From Verrucomicrobiia bacterium (GTDB taxonomy: Bacteria > Verrucomicrobiota > Verrucomicrobiia > Limisphaerales > CAIMTB01), in NCBI GenBank assembly GCA_019634625.1, contig JAHCBA010000028.1, positions 3,283 to 67,282 on the forward strand: 64,000 nt of DNA. The letters run 5' to 3'. The notes below the pieces were generated by a model. That model was not told where the DNA came from, made no database searches, and worked only from the letters and a program-made list of their open reading frames with translations. Made by a program: the position numbers and the translations under genes. Positions 1 to 12,799 of the stretch are shown here, piece by piece (the stretch's first letter is position 1; each line of letters starts with the position of its first letter).

Positions 1-349
1 GCACCGGGGCGATGCCCTGCACCTCCACCGACACCGCCCGCGCCAGCGTCGCGCGCCGGGCCACGATCCGCGCCTGCTCGAGGGTGATCTCGCGCCGGTT
101 GCGGCTCTGTCGCCAGTCCTCCTGGCTGCTCAGCCAGGCGTGCCGCTGGATGAACAGCACGTCCGCCCCGATGAAGGAAAAGCTCCGGTGAAACGCCCGG
201 TTCAACCCATCGATCGCCGTCGCCATCAGCGTCACGGTGACGATCCCCACCACAATCCCCAATGTCGTGAGCCCCGACCGCAGCGTGTTGGCGCCCAGGG
301 CGGACCCGGCCATCCGAACGGCTTCCATCCACTCCTCGCGCGACTTCAT
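1..349 (-). CDS. ABC transporter permease, MacB/FtsX type (N-terminal part; gene continues past the left edge)
   Basis: Absent from the ORF track because there is no stop in the window. The minus-strand ATG at 349-347 overlaps the TGA of the upstream ATPase gene (ATGA). Hand translation [57 protein letters not shown]... shows the LRSxLTxLGIxxG first-TM motif of MacB/LolC-type permeases. It is the third gene of an adaptor-ATPase-permease operon. Confidence 0.75.
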   Translation of the reverse strand, partial: MKSREEWMEAVRMAGSALGANTLRSGLTTLGIVVGIVTVTLMATAIDGLNRAFHRSFSFIGADVLFIQRHAWLSSQEDWRQSRNRREITLEQARIVARRATLARAVSVEVQGIAPV

Positions 350-1059
350 GGCTTCGTCGCCTCCACCGCGGGGGCGCCCCGGACCCGCTCGTCACTCGCC
401 AGGGTGCCATCCCGCAACCGCAGGATCCGCCGCGCCTTGCGGGCCACCTCCTCCTCGTGGGTCACCACCAGGATGGTGTGGCCCTGGTCCGACAGGTCTT
501 CGAACAGTGCGAGGATCTCCTCGCCGGTCCGGGAATCCAGATTGCCGGTCGGCTCGTCGGCCAGCAGCAACGACGGACGGTTCACCAGAGCCCGGGCGAT
601 GGCCACCCGTTGCCGCTGCCCGCCGGAGAGTTCATTCGGACGATGCTGCATCCGGTCCTCGAGGCGCACGCGGCACAGGGCCTCGCGTGCCCGTTCGCGC
701 CGCTCCCCCACCGGCAACCCGGCATAGATCAGCGGCAGTTCGACATTCCGCAGCGCGTCCGCCCGGGGCAGCAGGTGGAAACTCTGGAAGACGAACCCGA
801 TCTCCCGGTTGCGGATCTCGGCGAGCGCGTTGTCGTCCAGGTCGGCCACGTCCACCCCGTTCAATTCGTACCGCCCCTCGCTCGGGGAATCGAGGCAGCC
901 GAGGAGATTCATCAGGGTGGACTTGCCGGAACCGGACGGCCCCATGATGGCCACATACTCGCCCGCCTCGATGTCCAGCGTCAGCGCGCGCAGGGCATGC
1001 ACCGTCTCGGCGCCCATCGCGTACCGCCTCGCCAGGCCGACCACGCGGATCAGGCTCAC
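346..1059 (-). CDS. ABC transporter ATP-binding protein, MacB/LolD-like
   Basis: Lies within ORF 346..1176. Walker [10 protein letters not shown], signature [15 protein letters not shown], Walker [14 protein letters not shown]-loop VVTHE. The likely true start is the GTG at 1059-1057 (VSLIRVV...), which overlaps the adaptor gene stop as GTGA. The 40 residues upstream in the ORF are Gly/Arg-rich and not protein-like. Confidence 0.9.
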   Translation of the reverse strand: MSLIRVVGLARRYAMGAETVHALRALTLDIEAGEYVAIMGPSGSGKSTLMNLLGCLDSPSEGRYELNGVDVADLDDNALAEIRNREIGFVFQSFHLLPRADALRNVELPLIYAGLPVGERRERAREALCRVRLEDRMQHRPNELSGGQRQRVAIARALVNRPSLLLADEPTGNLDSRTGEEILALFEDLSDQGHTILVVTHEEEVARKARRILRLRDGTLASDERVRGAPAVEATKP

Positions 1060-2396
1060 GGCGCCCTCGCTTCGGAGCCCCGCCCGACCGCGGTCGGACG
1101 ATTGTTCACCCGCACCGCCTTGCCGTCCTCCAGTTCGCGGTGGATGGCACGGTACCCGCCCGACACCACGTCCCATCCCTCCTCCAACCCCTCCTCAATT
1201 TCGGTGTGTTCGTCGTCGGCAATCCCCCGCTTCACCGGGTGCCATTCGACCCTTCCCTCCCGCACCACGAAGACCCCCTCGACGGCTCGGGCCGTGTCGT
1301 CCGGCCGCCTTCGCACGGCGACGCCGTCCCGTTCCGCCGCCAGGTCATCTTCAGCCGTCTGTGCCCGTCCCGGACCGGCCTCGCGACGTTCCCCGTCCCC
1401 GCTCCCCTTGGGCAATCGCGTGGTCACGCTCTGGAGCGGAACCGCCAGGACGTTCGTCCGGTACCGCGTCTCGATCTCCGCGGTGACCGTCATCCCCGGC
1501 CGGAACGCCTCCTTCTCGGCAATCCGGATCCGGACTTCAAACCGGGTCGCCTCCTGGGCGGTGCCGGCGGCCGAGGTCCTGGCGGCGTTGGCAATCTCGG
1601 TGACCACGCCGGTGAACCGCCGGTCCCGAAAGGCATCGGCCTCCAGCACCGCCCGCTGGCCCAGGCGGATCAGCACCACATCGATTTCCCCCACATCGAC
1701 CCGCGCCTCCATCTCACTCAGATCCGCCAGCGTCATGATCTCCGTCCCCGCCATCATCGCCGTCCCCACCACCCGTTCGCCGCGTTCCGACCGCAGGCTG
1801 GTCACCGTCCCGCCGATGGGCGCCACGATGGTCGTCTTGGCCAGATCCTCCTCCGCCCGCGCCAGCGCCGCCCGCGCCTGATCCGCCTGGTGCGTCGCCG
1901 TCTCGTACCGCGCCTGAGCCACCTGCATCATCGTCTGGGCCGCCACGTGATCCGAGTCCGACACCAGCCCCCCCCGGCGCAGCGACTCGATCCGTTCGAA
2001 CTCGATCCGGGCTTTCGCCAGCTCCGCGCGCGCGAGTTCGATATGGGCCAGGGCCGACCGGTGCGTGGCCTCCGCCGAATGCCGGCCCGCGAGGTACGGG
2101 TCCGGACGAATCCGCACCAGCAGGTCACCCGGGGCCACCCGCTGCCCTTCGCGCACCGGCAACTCGACAATCTCGCCGCTGACCTCCGGATTGATCACCA
2201 CCCGCGTCACCGCCTGGATCCGCCCGTTGGCCACCACGCGCTCCGTCAGCGAACGCCTCGTGACCGGTTCGGTCTGCACCTCCTGCGGCGGTTCCCGCCG
2301 GCTCCACCACGCCCAACCGCCCAAGGCCGCCAGACCCAGGGCCATCGCGGACAGAATCAGAAGTTTGCGGGCACGCCCGCGCCGTGGCTGGGTCAT
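1056..2396 (-). CDS. Efflux transporter periplasmic adaptor subunit (HlyD/MacA family)
   Basis: 446 aa. It has an N-terminal signal anchor ([20 protein letters not shown]), a lipoyl-like motif ([25 protein letters not shown]), a long coiled coil and a second half-barrel ([10 protein letters not shown]...[19 protein letters not shown]). It sits directly upstream of the ABC ATPase. Confidence 0.85.
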   Translation of the reverse strand: MTQPRRGRARKLLILSAMALGLAALGGWAWWSRREPPQEVQTEPVTRRSLTERVVANGRIQAVTRVVINPEVSGEIVELPVREGQRVAPGDLLVRIRPDPYLAGRHSAEATHRSALAHIELARAELAKARIEFERIESLRRGGLVSDSDHVAAQTMMQVAQARYETATHQADQARAALARAEEDLAKTTIVAPIGGTVTSLRSERGERVVGTAMMAGTEIMTLADLSEMEARVDVGEIDVVLIRLGQRAVLEADAFRDRRFTGVVTEIANAARTSAAGTAQEATRFEVRIRIAEKEAFRPGMTVTAEIETRYRTNVLAVPLQSVTTRLPKGSGDGERREAGPGRAQTAEDDLAAERDGVAVRRRPDDTARAVEGVFVVREGRVEWHPVKRGIADDEHTEIEEGLEEGWDVVSGGYRAIHRELEDGKAVRVNNRPTAVGRGSEARAP

Positions 2397-2687
2397 AGGC
2401 GGATCCCTGCTTACCAGCCATCGCCCCGGGAGAAAAGATCGGCCTGCCGCATCCTGCCGGAGCGCGGGAGCAGGGCGCGGCTAAGCCGTATCCATTCAGT
2501 AAGGTGGAAAGCGATGGCGCCGCAGCGTTTCGGACACGACGAGGAGTGAGCGGGGCGCGTGTGGGAACCGCGATACGGAAATGGGGTCAAATCGATATTT
2601 TGACATTTCGAGCCCCGAACGGTCTTAGTCGTCCCAGGGACGGCGCCCGGGATCCGTGAATCCCCGGCCACCGAATCCTTCCTGCTC

Positions 2688-4847
2688 ATGCATTCGCTCC
2701 CCTGCCTCCGCTATCTGATCGGGCATGCGGACGCGATCCGCGCGGTGGCGTCAAGTCGCGCGACGATCCCCACCGGACTGCTTCTGGTTCTCCTGACCTC
2801 GATTGCCCGGAACTACGATCAGAGCTGGATCGGCGAGCATCCGTTTCTATGGATCTTCGGACCGCTTCTGTTCTCCCTGGTTTCCGGGACCTGGATCTTC
2901 CTCGTCACCTACGCCGGCTGGATCCGCAGGGGCTGGACCTCCGACACGCGAGCGACGTCCGTCTGGAGGGACTGGCCGACCTTCATGGGGCTGTTCTGGC
3001 TTACCGCGCCGGTGGCGTGGTTGTACGCCATTCCCGTGGAACGATTCCTCGATCCGGTGGGCGCCGCGCGGGCAAACGTCACCCTGCTGTCGCTCGTATC
3101 CCTGTGGCGCGTGCTCTTGTTCGCCCGGGTCATCCAGGTCGTTTCCGGAGTTCGATACTGGACTGCGCTCGTCTGGGTGCTGGTGCCCGTCTCGATTGAA
3201 GCAGTGGCCGTGCTGGTCCCCCTGGGCATGGGGCCGGCCATCGCCCGCGGAATGGGAGGTCTGCGCCACTCTCCAGCGGAAACCGTCATTCTCGAAGCGG
3301 TCAGTGTGGCCACGTTGGTCGCCATGATCACCGCCGGAATCTCCCTGGTGACGGCTTTCGTGCTCCCCCGCCCGACACGCACCGAACGTCTCCCCGCGCC
3401 CATGGCCGACCGGCTTCCCGGCACCTTCCTCGCCGGCGCGACGGCATTCTGGTTGGCCGCAGCCGTCCTGGTTCAACCCTCCGCCCGCCGCAGTGCCCAG
3501 GTGGAGGAACGGGTTCGTACGGAACGGTACGCGGATGCCCTCGCCTTCCTTCGCAACCATCGACCCGGCGACTTCGCCCCGGCCCGACCGCTGCCGCCCA
3601 AGCCGTACGAACATGCGACCTTCCAGCACCAGGCGGGGCTCCTCGCGGAGGCGCGGGAAGACGAACCCCGCTGGATTCAGGAACACCTGATTCGCCGCCT
3701 CGACGATCTCGTGGACAGCACACGGCCCATCCGCAGGCGCGCGGCTGGGACTGCCGGCGATCCCGCCCCGGCCACCTTTACCCCCATCCAACCGCACCAC
3801 GGGTACTGGCAGAAGCCCGAGGATCTCCACCGGCTCGTCACCCGGGGCGTCGGACGGCTCTCCTGGCTGGCTGCATGGCGTCAGCAGAACCGCGAGTGGC
3901 TCGAGGCCTGGGCCGCCCTGGTGAACGACGCCGCCCGCGGAAGGCTTCGGAGACGCTACGATGGGGCCGTCACCCGCCTGTTCGACACGCCTTCGACGGC
4001 CCTGCCTCGCTTCGACCTCCTCGCCGGCCGCCCGTACAACCGCCTCACCGTCCAGACGTCCCGGGGTTGCCCGCGTCATTGTGAATTCTGCGCCGCCAGC
4101 CTCCGCATCACCCGGGGCTATCAGCAGAAACCCGTGCCTCGCGTCCTTCAAGAAATCCGCGAGGCCCGCCGCCATGTCCCGATCCCGTTCCTCGAACTGG
4201 CGGACGACAACACCTTCCTGAATCCGGACTGGTCCCGGACGTTCCTTCGGGCCATGGTCGAAGAGAACCTCCACTGGTTTACAGAAACCGACCTGTCGGT
4301 GGCCGAAGATCCGGACCTGTGCGATCTCCTCGCCGCCTCAGGGTGCCGGCAACTGCTCATTGGATTGGAAAGTCCCGACGGCGAGGCCCTTGCCGGCATG
4401 GATCCCACGGATTGGAAACGGAGACGGGCCCCGGCGGCGCTGCGGGCCATCGATGCCCTGCAATCCCGCGGAGTCAGCGTCAACGGTTGCTTCATCCTCG
4501 GACTGGATTCGCACACCCCGGATGTCTTTCCGAGGATTCTCCAGTTCGTCCGGTCCTCCGGCCTGGCCGAAGTTCAGGTCACTGTCCTGACGCCGTTCCC
4601 CGGCACGCCCCTCCATGACCGCCTGCGTCGCACGGGGCGGCTCCTGGCTCCGCGCTTCTGGGACCGCTGCACCTTGTTTGATGTCGTCTACCGGCCGGCA
4701 CGAATGACGGTCACGGAACTGGAGTCGGGCCTCCGCTGGCTGATGAAGGAACTCTACTCGCGACGGGAAACGGACGATCGTCGCCGTGCCTTCACCCGGC
4801 AGCGGAGGCCCTCCGGCTTTCCAGTGGCGGATGATGCACCGGCGTGA
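2688..4847 (+). CDS. Radical SAM protein with an N-terminal polytopic membrane region (possible fusion)
   Basis: 719-aa ORF. The C-terminal half has QTSRGCPRHCEFCA (CxxxCxxC), LIGLESP and FPGTPL, as in class-B-like radical SAM enzymes. The N-terminal ~235 aa contain at least 5 long hydrophobic segments. There is no in-frame stop between the two parts, but an internal non-ATG start cannot be excluded. Confidence 0.7.
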   Translation: MHSLPCLRYLIGHADAIRAVASSRATIPTGLLLVLLTSIARNYDQSWIGEHPFLWIFGPLLFSLVSGTWIFLVTYAGWIRRGWTSDTRATSVWRDWPTFMGLFWLTAPVAWLYAIPVERFLDPVGAARANVTLLSLVSLWRVLLFARVIQVVSGVRYWTALVWVLVPVSIEAVAVLVPLGMGPAIARGMGGLRHSPAETVILEAVSVATLVAMITAGISLVTAFVLPRPTRTERLPAPMADRLPGTFLAGATAFWLAAAVLVQPSARRSAQVEERVRTERYADALAFLRNHRPGDFAPARPLPPKPYEHATFQHQAGLLAEAREDEPRWIQEHLIRRLDDLVDSTRPIRRRAAGTAGDPAPATFTPIQPHHGYWQKPEDLHRLVTRGVGRLSWLAAWRQQNREWLEAWAALVNDAARGRLRRRYDGAVTRLFDTPSTALPRFDLLAGRPYNRLTVQTSRGCPRHCEFCAASLRITRGYQQKPVPRVLQEIREARRHVPIPFLELADDNTFLNPDWSRTFLRAMVEENLHWFTETDLSVAEDPDLCDLLAASGCRQLLIGLESPDGEALAGMDPTDWKRRRAPAALRAIDALQSRGVSVNGCFILGLDSHTPDVFPRILQFVRSSGLAEVQVTVLTPFPGTPLHDRLRRTGRLLAPRFWDRCTLFDVVYRPARMTVTELESGLRWLMKELYSRRETDDRRRAFTRQRRPSGFPVADDAPA

Positions 4848-4856
4848 ACCCGCCGG

Positions 4857-5609
4857 TCACAACGCGAACTGCACCCAGCCCAGGATCACCGCCACGCCCT
4901 TGTAGCCCGCCCACAATCCGGCCAGCACCAGCGCCACCGGCAGAAAAGCCCGCTGGATGAGCCGGGAGACCCCGAACGCCACCAGCGCGAGCTGCCACAG
5001 GGTGAACAGGTTGATGGCCCCCAGGGTGAGGTGCAGGCGGTTGCCGATGTCGAAATCCGGCACCAGCAATCCCAGGTGCGGCCCGGCCATGAGCCGGCCC
5101 AGGCCGACCGCCAGAAACAACCCCACCAGCGTCCCCAGCCCCGCCACCAGACTGGCCAACCCGGCCACCTCCACGGTTCGCAGGTACCTCACCGGCGCCC
5201 GGAACACCCAGCGCCCGACCAGCCAGCCGAGGAAACCCCACCACAGCGGTGTCAGCACCGCCGCCACCGCCGCCCCCACTCCGCCGGCCACCTTGGCCAC
5301 CGCCATTCCCAAACCTTGCGCGGCCTCACGCACCCGCGGCGCATCCTCCGCCCGGATCCGGCCCCGCTCGACCGCACGATCGATCTCCCGGTCCTGCATC
5401 GCCACGATCTGCTGCACCAGGGCCGGCTGACTGAACACAACCAGATTGGCGAACAGGCCAATGGCCGCCACCAGGGCCGCGGGCACCAGCCAGTTGGCCA
5501 CCGAGAACGGCGCCGCGGCCACCGCCGCAAACAACTCGCCGGGCGCGGCAAAGACATTCATCAGGCGCGAACCCAGTGACATCGGGCCCGTCGATTCGGC
5601 GGATTCCAT
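4857..5609 (-). CDS. Yip1-domain-like integral membrane protein
   Basis: Lies within ORF 4857..5753. The start is taken at ATG 5609 (MESAESTGPMSLGSRLMNVFAAPGELF...). The N-terminal motif, an amphipathic insertion and 4-5 TM helices resemble Yip1/DUF1282-type proteins. The gene is convergent with the radical SAM ORF. Confidence 0.55.
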   Translation of the reverse strand: MESAESTGPMSLGSRLMNVFAAPGELFAAVAAAPFSVANWLVPAALVAAIGLFANLVVFSQPALVQQIVAMQDREIDRAVERGRIRAEDAPRVREAAQGLGMAVAKVAGGVGAAVAAVLTPLWWGFLGWLVGRWVFRAPVRYLRTVEVAGLASLVAGLGTLVGLFLAVGLGRLMAGPHLGLLVPDFDIGNRLHLTLGAINLFTLWQLALVAFGVSRLIQRAFLPVALVLAGLWAGYKGVAVILGWVQFAL

Positions 5610-5745
5610 GCCCGCCCTTTCTCCTCCCCCTTGCGGCGAATGCCAGCCCGAAATGCATGGACCCGACCCCATACGGCCTCCCTTGAATGACTTTGACTGA
5701 CCCCTCCCCTCCCGTATGCTCGTCGCCCCTGAGCCGTTCAGGACT

Positions 5746-6999
5746 ATGGCCAAACTCTCCGTTCAAGACATCGAAGTGCAAGGCAAACGCGTTCTCGTCC
5801 GCGTGGATTTCAATGTTCCCGTCGAGGACAGGGATGGCCGGATGGTCATCACCGACGACACGCGCATCCGGGAGACGCTTCCCACGCTGACCCTCCTGAC
5901 CTCCCGTGGCGCCAGGGTGATCCTCGTTTCCCACCTCGGCCGCCCGGACGGCCAGGTCGTGCCCTCGATGTCCCTTGCCCCGGTGGCCGCCCGTCTGGGC
6001 GAACTGCTCGCAAGCCCCGTCCGGTTCGTCGATCAAACCATCGGCCCCGCCGTGGCGGAGGCGGCCGCAGCCTTGAAGGACGGCGAGGTTCTCCTCCTCG
6101 AGAATGTCCGCTTCCATCCCGGCGAGGAACAGAACGATCCCGCCTTCGCCGAGCAACTGGCCGCGGTGGCCGACATCTACGTCAATGACGCCTTCGGCAC
6201 CGCGCATCGCGCACACGCCTCGACCGAGGGAGTCGCCCACGTCGTCGCCCGCCGCGGTGGCCGCCGCGCCTGCGGGCTTCTCATCGCCAAGGAACTCCGC
6301 TTCCTCGGCGAGGAACTCGACAACCCCGCCCGCCCGTTCGTCGTCATCCTCGGCGGCGCCAAGGTCTCGGGCAAAATCCTTGTCATCGACCGCCTGATCG
6401 AGAAGGCCGACGCCATCCTCATCGGCGGCGCCATGTCGTACACCTTCAAGCTCGCCCTCGGTGCCACTGTGGGGCGGTCCCTGGTCGAACCCGACCGCAC
6501 CCAGACCGCCCTCGATGCCCTCGAAAAGGCCAGGGCCCGCGGCATCCAGTTCCTTCTGCCCAAGGACAATATCGCCGTCACCCCCGTGGATACCGGCAAG
6601 AAGGACAAGAAAGGCCGGCCCAAACTGGAACTGACCCAGCCGCGGGTGAATTCCGGCGACACCATCCCGGATGCCGAGGAAGGCGTGGACATCGGACCCG
6701 AGACGGCCCGGGCGTATGCCGGGGTGATCGCCTCCGCCCGGACCATCCTGTGGAACGGCCCGATGGGCATCTTCGAAGATCCCCGCTTCGCCGGGGGAAC
6801 CGTTGCCGTGGCCCGCGCCGTCGCCGACGCCACGCGCCGGGGCGCCAAGTCCATCATCGGCGGCGGCGACAGCGTCAAGGCCATCAACCAGGCCGGTCTC
6901 CAGGATCAGGTCACCTTCATGAGCACCGGCGGCGGGGCCAGCCTTGAGTTCCTCGAGGGCAAGGTCCTCCCGGGTGTCGCCGCGCTCGAAGACAAGTAG
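5746..6999 (+). CDS. pgk: Phosphoglycerate kinase
   Basis: [25 protein letters not shown]..., [20 protein letters not shown] and [13 protein letters not shown] are canonical Pgk motifs. The start is taken at ATG 5746, inside ORF 5716..6999. Confidence 0.95.
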   Translation: MAKLSVQDIEVQGKRVLVRVDFNVPVEDRDGRMVITDDTRIRETLPTLTLLTSRGARVILVSHLGRPDGQVVPSMSLAPVAARLGELLASPVRFVDQTIGPAVAEAAAALKDGEVLLLENVRFHPGEEQNDPAFAEQLAAVADIYVNDAFGTAHRAHASTEGVAHVVARRGGRRACGLLIAKELRFLGEELDNPARPFVVILGGAKVSGKILVIDRLIEKADAILIGGAMSYTFKLALGATVGRSLVEPDRTQTALDALEKARARGIQFLLPKDNIAVTPVDTGKKDKKGRPKLELTQPRVNSGDTIPDAEEGVDIGPETARAYAGVIASARTILWNGPMGIFEDPRFAGGTVAVARAVADATRRGAKSIIGGGDSVKAINQAGLQDQVTFMSTGGGASLEFLEGKVLPGVAALEDK

Positions 7000-7030
7000 C
7001 CCCCCCACCTCCTCTCCCGCAGAACACACT

Positions 7031-7795
<765 letters not shown>

Positions 7796-7831
7796 TCCGT
7801 TCCCGCCCCGTCTCCTCAACCCGTTCCCCCT

Positions 7832-8308
7832 ATGTCCATCTTCATCGGTCTCCTCACCTTCGTACTGATGGTGATCGCCCTGTTCCTGATCCTTCTGGTG
7901 CTCGTCCAGCTCCCCAAGAAGGACGCTGGCGTCGGCATGGCGTTCGGCGCCGGCATGAGCGAGATGCTCCTTGGTGCCGGCTCGGGCAATGTCCTGACCC
8001 GCATCACCAAGTACACCGTCGGCATCTTCCTGGGCCTTTCGCTCCTGCTCTCGGTTCTCATCTCCAGCGAGGCCCGCAAGGGCGAGACGGGCGTCGCCCG
8101 GGCCATCGAGGAGCAGGCCCGCTCGTTGCCCGCCACCCCGGCCACCCCGGCGCCCACCCAACCCACCGGCGCCTCCGGACTCCAATCCCTCAGGGCTGTC
8201 CCGACCGATCCCGCCGCCGGCGCCGAAGGCACCCTTCCCCTGCAACTGACCCCGGGCCCCGCGGAATCCGCTCCCACCCAGGCCATCCCACCCGCGCCCC
8301 CCGAGTGA
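7832..8308 (+). CDS. secG: Preprotein translocase subunit SecG (with Pro/Ala-rich C-terminal extension)
   Basis: MSIFIGLLTFVLMVIALFLILLVLVQLPKKDAGVGMAFGAGMSEMLLGAGSGNVLTRITKYTVGIFLGLSLLLSVL is the two-TM SecG pattern. It shows the conserved pgk-tpiA-secG order. Confidence 0.8.
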   Translation: MSIFIGLLTFVLMVIALFLILLVLVQLPKKDAGVGMAFGAGMSEMLLGAGSGNVLTRITKYTVGIFLGLSLLLSVLISSEARKGETGVARAIEEQARSLPATPATPAPTQPTGASGLQSLRAVPTDPAAGAEGTLPLQLTPGPAESAPTQAIPPAPPE

Positions 8309-8339
8309 TCGGGCTCTCCCGCGACGCACCCCGCACGGA

Positions 8340-10076
8340 TTGGGAGGCATCGCCGTGTGGCACCCCGCCTCGCTCCTGACGGGCCACGGGGCCAGACGAT
8401 CCCCCCAAGTACGTCGTTCGCCGCCCGCCCTGGCCGGCCTGCGGATCCCTCTTCCCCGTCAAGACCGCCGTTCGCTGACCCCGCACTGGGCCCGGGCGGC
8501 TCTGGCCTTCCTCTGTGGCCTGGCGCTCCTGGGCTGCCGCCCCCTCCCGCCCGCCGACCTCACCGTTCTCAACGGCTCCGAACCCAGTTCGCTCGACCCC
8601 CTCCTCGTCACCGGCGTCGAGGAACTCCGGGCCGTCCTTCCCCTCTTCGAAGGTCTCACCCGACCCGACCCGGTCACCTCCCTCGCCCAACCGGGTCTCG
8701 CCCAAAGCTGGGACCGTTCCCCGGACGGACTCCGCTACACCTTCCACCTCCGCCCAGGCCTGGTCTGGTCCACCGGCCAACGCCTCACCGCCGACGACGT
8801 CGTCTATTCCTGGCGCCGTGTGCTCGAACCGACCAACGCCTGCCAGTACGCCAACCTCCTCTTCCCCGTCCGGCATGCCGAGGACTTCCATCTCGGCCGG
8901 CTCACCGACTTTTCCCAGGTCGGCGTGCGCGCCCCGGACCCGGCGACCGTCGAGGTCCGACTCGCCCATCCGTGCGCCTACTTCCTCGACCTCTGCGCCT
9001 TCCAGACCCTCGCCATCGTCCCCCGCCACGCCATCGAACGTCATGGCGACCGCTGGATCATGGCGGCCCGCCCCCTCCCCTCCAGCGGACCCTACCAGCT
9101 CGACTTCTGGCGCCTCAACGACCGCATCCGTCTCCGCCGGAATCCAGCCTACTGGGACGCCCTCAACACCTTCAGCGAAGTGGTCGATCTCCTGCCGGTG
9201 ACCGCCCCCAACACCGCCCTCAACCTCTACCTCAAAGGCCAGGCCGATGTCATCTGGGACAAACCCCTTGTCCCCACCGAACTCATGCCGGCCCTCCGCG
9301 ACCGCCCCGACTTCCACTCCTTTCCCGTCCTCGGAACGTTCTTCCTCCGCCTCAACGTCACCCGCCCCCCGTTCGATGATGTCCGTGTCCGTCGCGCCTT
9401 CGCCCTCGCCACCGACAAGCCCTTCCTGACCCGGCGCATCACCGCCATGGGCGAGGAACCCGCCACCCACTTCGTCCCCACCGTCACCGCCAATTACCGG
9501 CGCGGCGACGGCCAGCCCTACGATCCCGACGCCGCCCGCGCCGCCCTCGCCGGGGCGGGCTTCCCCGACGGACGCGGCTTCCCCGAGGTGGACTTCCTCA
9601 TCGACAGCGCGGCCGGTGGAGCGGCGCGTGTCACCGAACGCGCCGGCATCGAACTCCAGGCCATGTGGCAGCGCGAACTCGGGGTCCGGGTGACCCTGCG
9701 GCGCATGGAGAAAAAGGCCTTCCTCGTCGCCCAGCGCGCCCTCGACTACGCCATCAGCCGTTCCAGCTGGATCGGCGATTACAACGATCCCAACACGTTC
9801 CTCGACCTCTTCATGACCGGCAGCGGCAACAATCGCACCGGCTGGTCCCACGAACGCTACGACCAGCTCCTCCGCGCCGCCGCCGCGGAATCGGACCCGG
9901 ACCGCCGCGCCACCCTCATGGCCGAGGCCGAAACCCTGCTCGTCCGCGACGGGATCCCCGTGATCCCCCTATGGTTCGAGGTCGGCTTCAGCCTCTATCG
10001 TCCCGACCGCCTCGCCGGCATCCACCCCAACGCCCTCGACGTCCACCCGCTCAACGCCATCCGGCGACTTCCCTGA
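8340..10076 (+). CDS. Peptide/nickel ABC transporter substrate-binding protein (family 5, OppA/DppA-like lipoprotein)
   Basis: Lipobox LALLGC. LNGSEPSSLDPL, LFEGLTR, GLAQSWDRSPDGLRYTFHLRPGLVWSTGQRLTADDVVYSW and NPAYWD are typical of SBP_bac_5. The exact start is uncertain because the first ~50 residues of the ORF are not signal-peptide-like. Confidence 0.85.
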   Translation: MGGIAVWHPASLLTGHGARRSPQVRRSPPALAGLRIPLPRQDRRSLTPHWARAALAFLCGLALLGCRPLPPADLTVLNGSEPSSLDPLLVTGVEELRAVLPLFEGLTRPDPVTSLAQPGLAQSWDRSPDGLRYTFHLRPGLVWSTGQRLTADDVVYSWRRVLEPTNACQYANLLFPVRHAEDFHLGRLTDFSQVGVRAPDPATVEVRLAHPCAYFLDLCAFQTLAIVPRHAIERHGDRWIMAARPLPSSGPYQLDFWRLNDRIRLRRNPAYWDALNTFSEVVDLLPVTAPNTALNLYLKGQADVIWDKPLVPTELMPALRDRPDFHSFPVLGTFFLRLNVTRPPFDDVRVRRAFALATDKPFLTRRITAMGEEPATHFVPTVTANYRRGDGQPYDPDAARAALAGAGFPDGRGFPEVDFLIDSAAGGAARVTERAGIELQAMWQRELGVRVTLRRMEKKAFLVAQRALDYAISRSSWIGDYNDPNTFLDLFMTGSGNNRTGWSHERYDQLLRAAAAESDPDRRATLMAEAETLLVRDGIPVIPLWFEVGFSLYRPDRLAGIHPNALDVHPLNAIRRLP

Positions 10077-10077
10077 G

Positions 10078-11409
<1,332 letters not shown>

Positions 11410-11512
11410 TCAACTCCGTACATTGTACAATTGCCCTAAATTGTAAAAGTACCGATTTGACCCCATTGCCTTCGCTCTGGCCTTGGATCGCGTTCTCTGA
11501 CATAGCGTCCGC

Positions 11513-12799
11513 ATGCACCGCCTGCTGCCCCTGCTTGTCGGCCTCGTTCTGTCCGGATCCGGCCACGCCGGGGACTGGCCCGCCTTTCGTGGCCCCACCG
11601 GTCAGGGCCACTCCCCGGAACGAAACCTCCCCATCTCGTGGTCCGTTGACCAGGGCATCCGATGGAAAATACCCGTCCCCGGCGAAGGCTGGTCCTCGCC
11701 CATCGTCCAGGGCGATCGCGTCTTCCTGACCACGGTGACCGAGGGCCAGACCCAATGCCGCATTCTTGCCTTCGACCGGCTCTCAGGCCGGATGCTCTGG
11801 AACGTGGTGGTCAGTGAAATGATTCCGCTCCGCAAGGAATCCAAGAACTCCTACGCCTCGCCCACTCCCATCGCCCACGGCGACCGCGTCTTCGCCGTCT
11901 TCGGCGATGGCACCATGGTCGCCGTCGAGGCGGCAACCGGCGCCCTGCTCTGGAAGAACGCCGAGGTCCGGTTCTACAGCCGTCACGGTCTGGGCGCGTC
12001 GCCCATCCTCCATGCGGGACGCCTCATCATGCCGTTCGATGGCAGCAACCGTGTCGAAAAGGCCGGCGACTGGCCCAACAACACCGAGGAGGAGCAACTC
12101 GGATGGCGCATCCCCTGGGATCGTGCCGAGATCGTGGCCCTCGACATCGAAACCGGCCGGCGCGTCTGGACCGCCCGGCGCGGTCGCTCGCGCATCGCCC
12201 ATGTGACCCCGACCATCCTGGCGGTGGGCGGTCAGCCCCAGTTGATCAGTCCCGCGGGCGACGCCATCCAGGGCTTCAACCCCAGGACCGGCGAACTTCT
12301 CTGGACGGTCTATTCCCAGGGCGAAGGCGTGACCCCCAGTGTCGTCACCGGCAACGGCCTCGTCTTCACCGCCTCGGGCTTCGAGCGGACCACGCTCCGG
12401 ACCGTTCGCCCGGACGGGCGCGGCGACGTCACGTCCACCCACATCGCCTGGGAACAGCGTCGCGGAGCCCCGACGCAGCCTTCGCCGATCTTCGTCCATC
12501 CGCACCTTCACACCATCACCGACGGCGGCGTCGCCCACGGCTACGACGCCGCCACCGGGGATGTCCTGTACTCCGAACGGGTCGGCGGCAACCACTCCGC
12601 CTCCCCGGTGCACGCCGACGGCCATCTTTACTTCCTCTCCGAAAACGGGGTCGCCACCGTGATCAGGACCGGACCGGAGTTTGTCGTGGTGTCCCGAAAC
12701 GCCCTCGACGACAACGAGCGGTTCCAGGCCTCGATGGCGGTGTCGCAGGGCCACCTCTTCATCCGCTCCGATCGTCACCTGTACTGCATTGGGCGATGA
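11513..12799 (+). CDS. PQQ-like (BamB-type) beta-propeller repeat protein, secreted
   Basis: Signal peptide MHRLLPLLVGLVLSGSGHAGDWPAFRGP, then repeated W...SSP.V.GDRVF... blades (GWSSPIVQGDRVFL, GASPILHAGRLIM, PSVVTGNGLVFT, ASPVHADGHLYFL). Confidence 0.8.
   Translation: MHRLLPLLVGLVLSGSGHAGDWPAFRGPTGQGHSPERNLPISWSVDQGIRWKIPVPGEGWSSPIVQGDRVFLTTVTEGQTQCRILAFDRLSGRMLWNVVVSEMIPLRKESKNSYASPTPIAHGDRVFAVFGDGTMVAVEAATGALLWKNAEVRFYSRHGLGASPILHAGRLIMPFDGSNRVEKAGDWPNNTEEEQLGWRIPWDRAEIVALDIETGRRVWTARRGRSRIAHVTPTILAVGGQPQLISPAGDAIQGFNPRTGELLWTVYSQGEGVTPSVVTGNGLVFTASGFERTTLRTVRPDGRGDVTSTHIAWEQRRGAPTQPSPIFVHPHLHTITDGGVAHGYDAATGDVLYSERVGGNHSASPVHADGHLYFLSENGVATVIRTGPEFVVVSRNALDDNERFQASMAVSQGHLFIRSDRHLYCIGR

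Noticed and set aside
140-1881. Plus-strand ORFs 140..727, 237..947 and 457..1881
   Set aside because: They are antisense to the permease, ATPase and adaptor operon. They are Arg/Pro/Ala-rich with no motifs.
2600-2628. TTGACA at 2600-2605 as the -35 box of a promoter for the radical-SAM ORF
   Set aside because: No acceptable -10 hexamer lies 16-18 bp downstream (tcttag / ttagtc at best). It is kept only as context for the shared aatggggtcaa motif.
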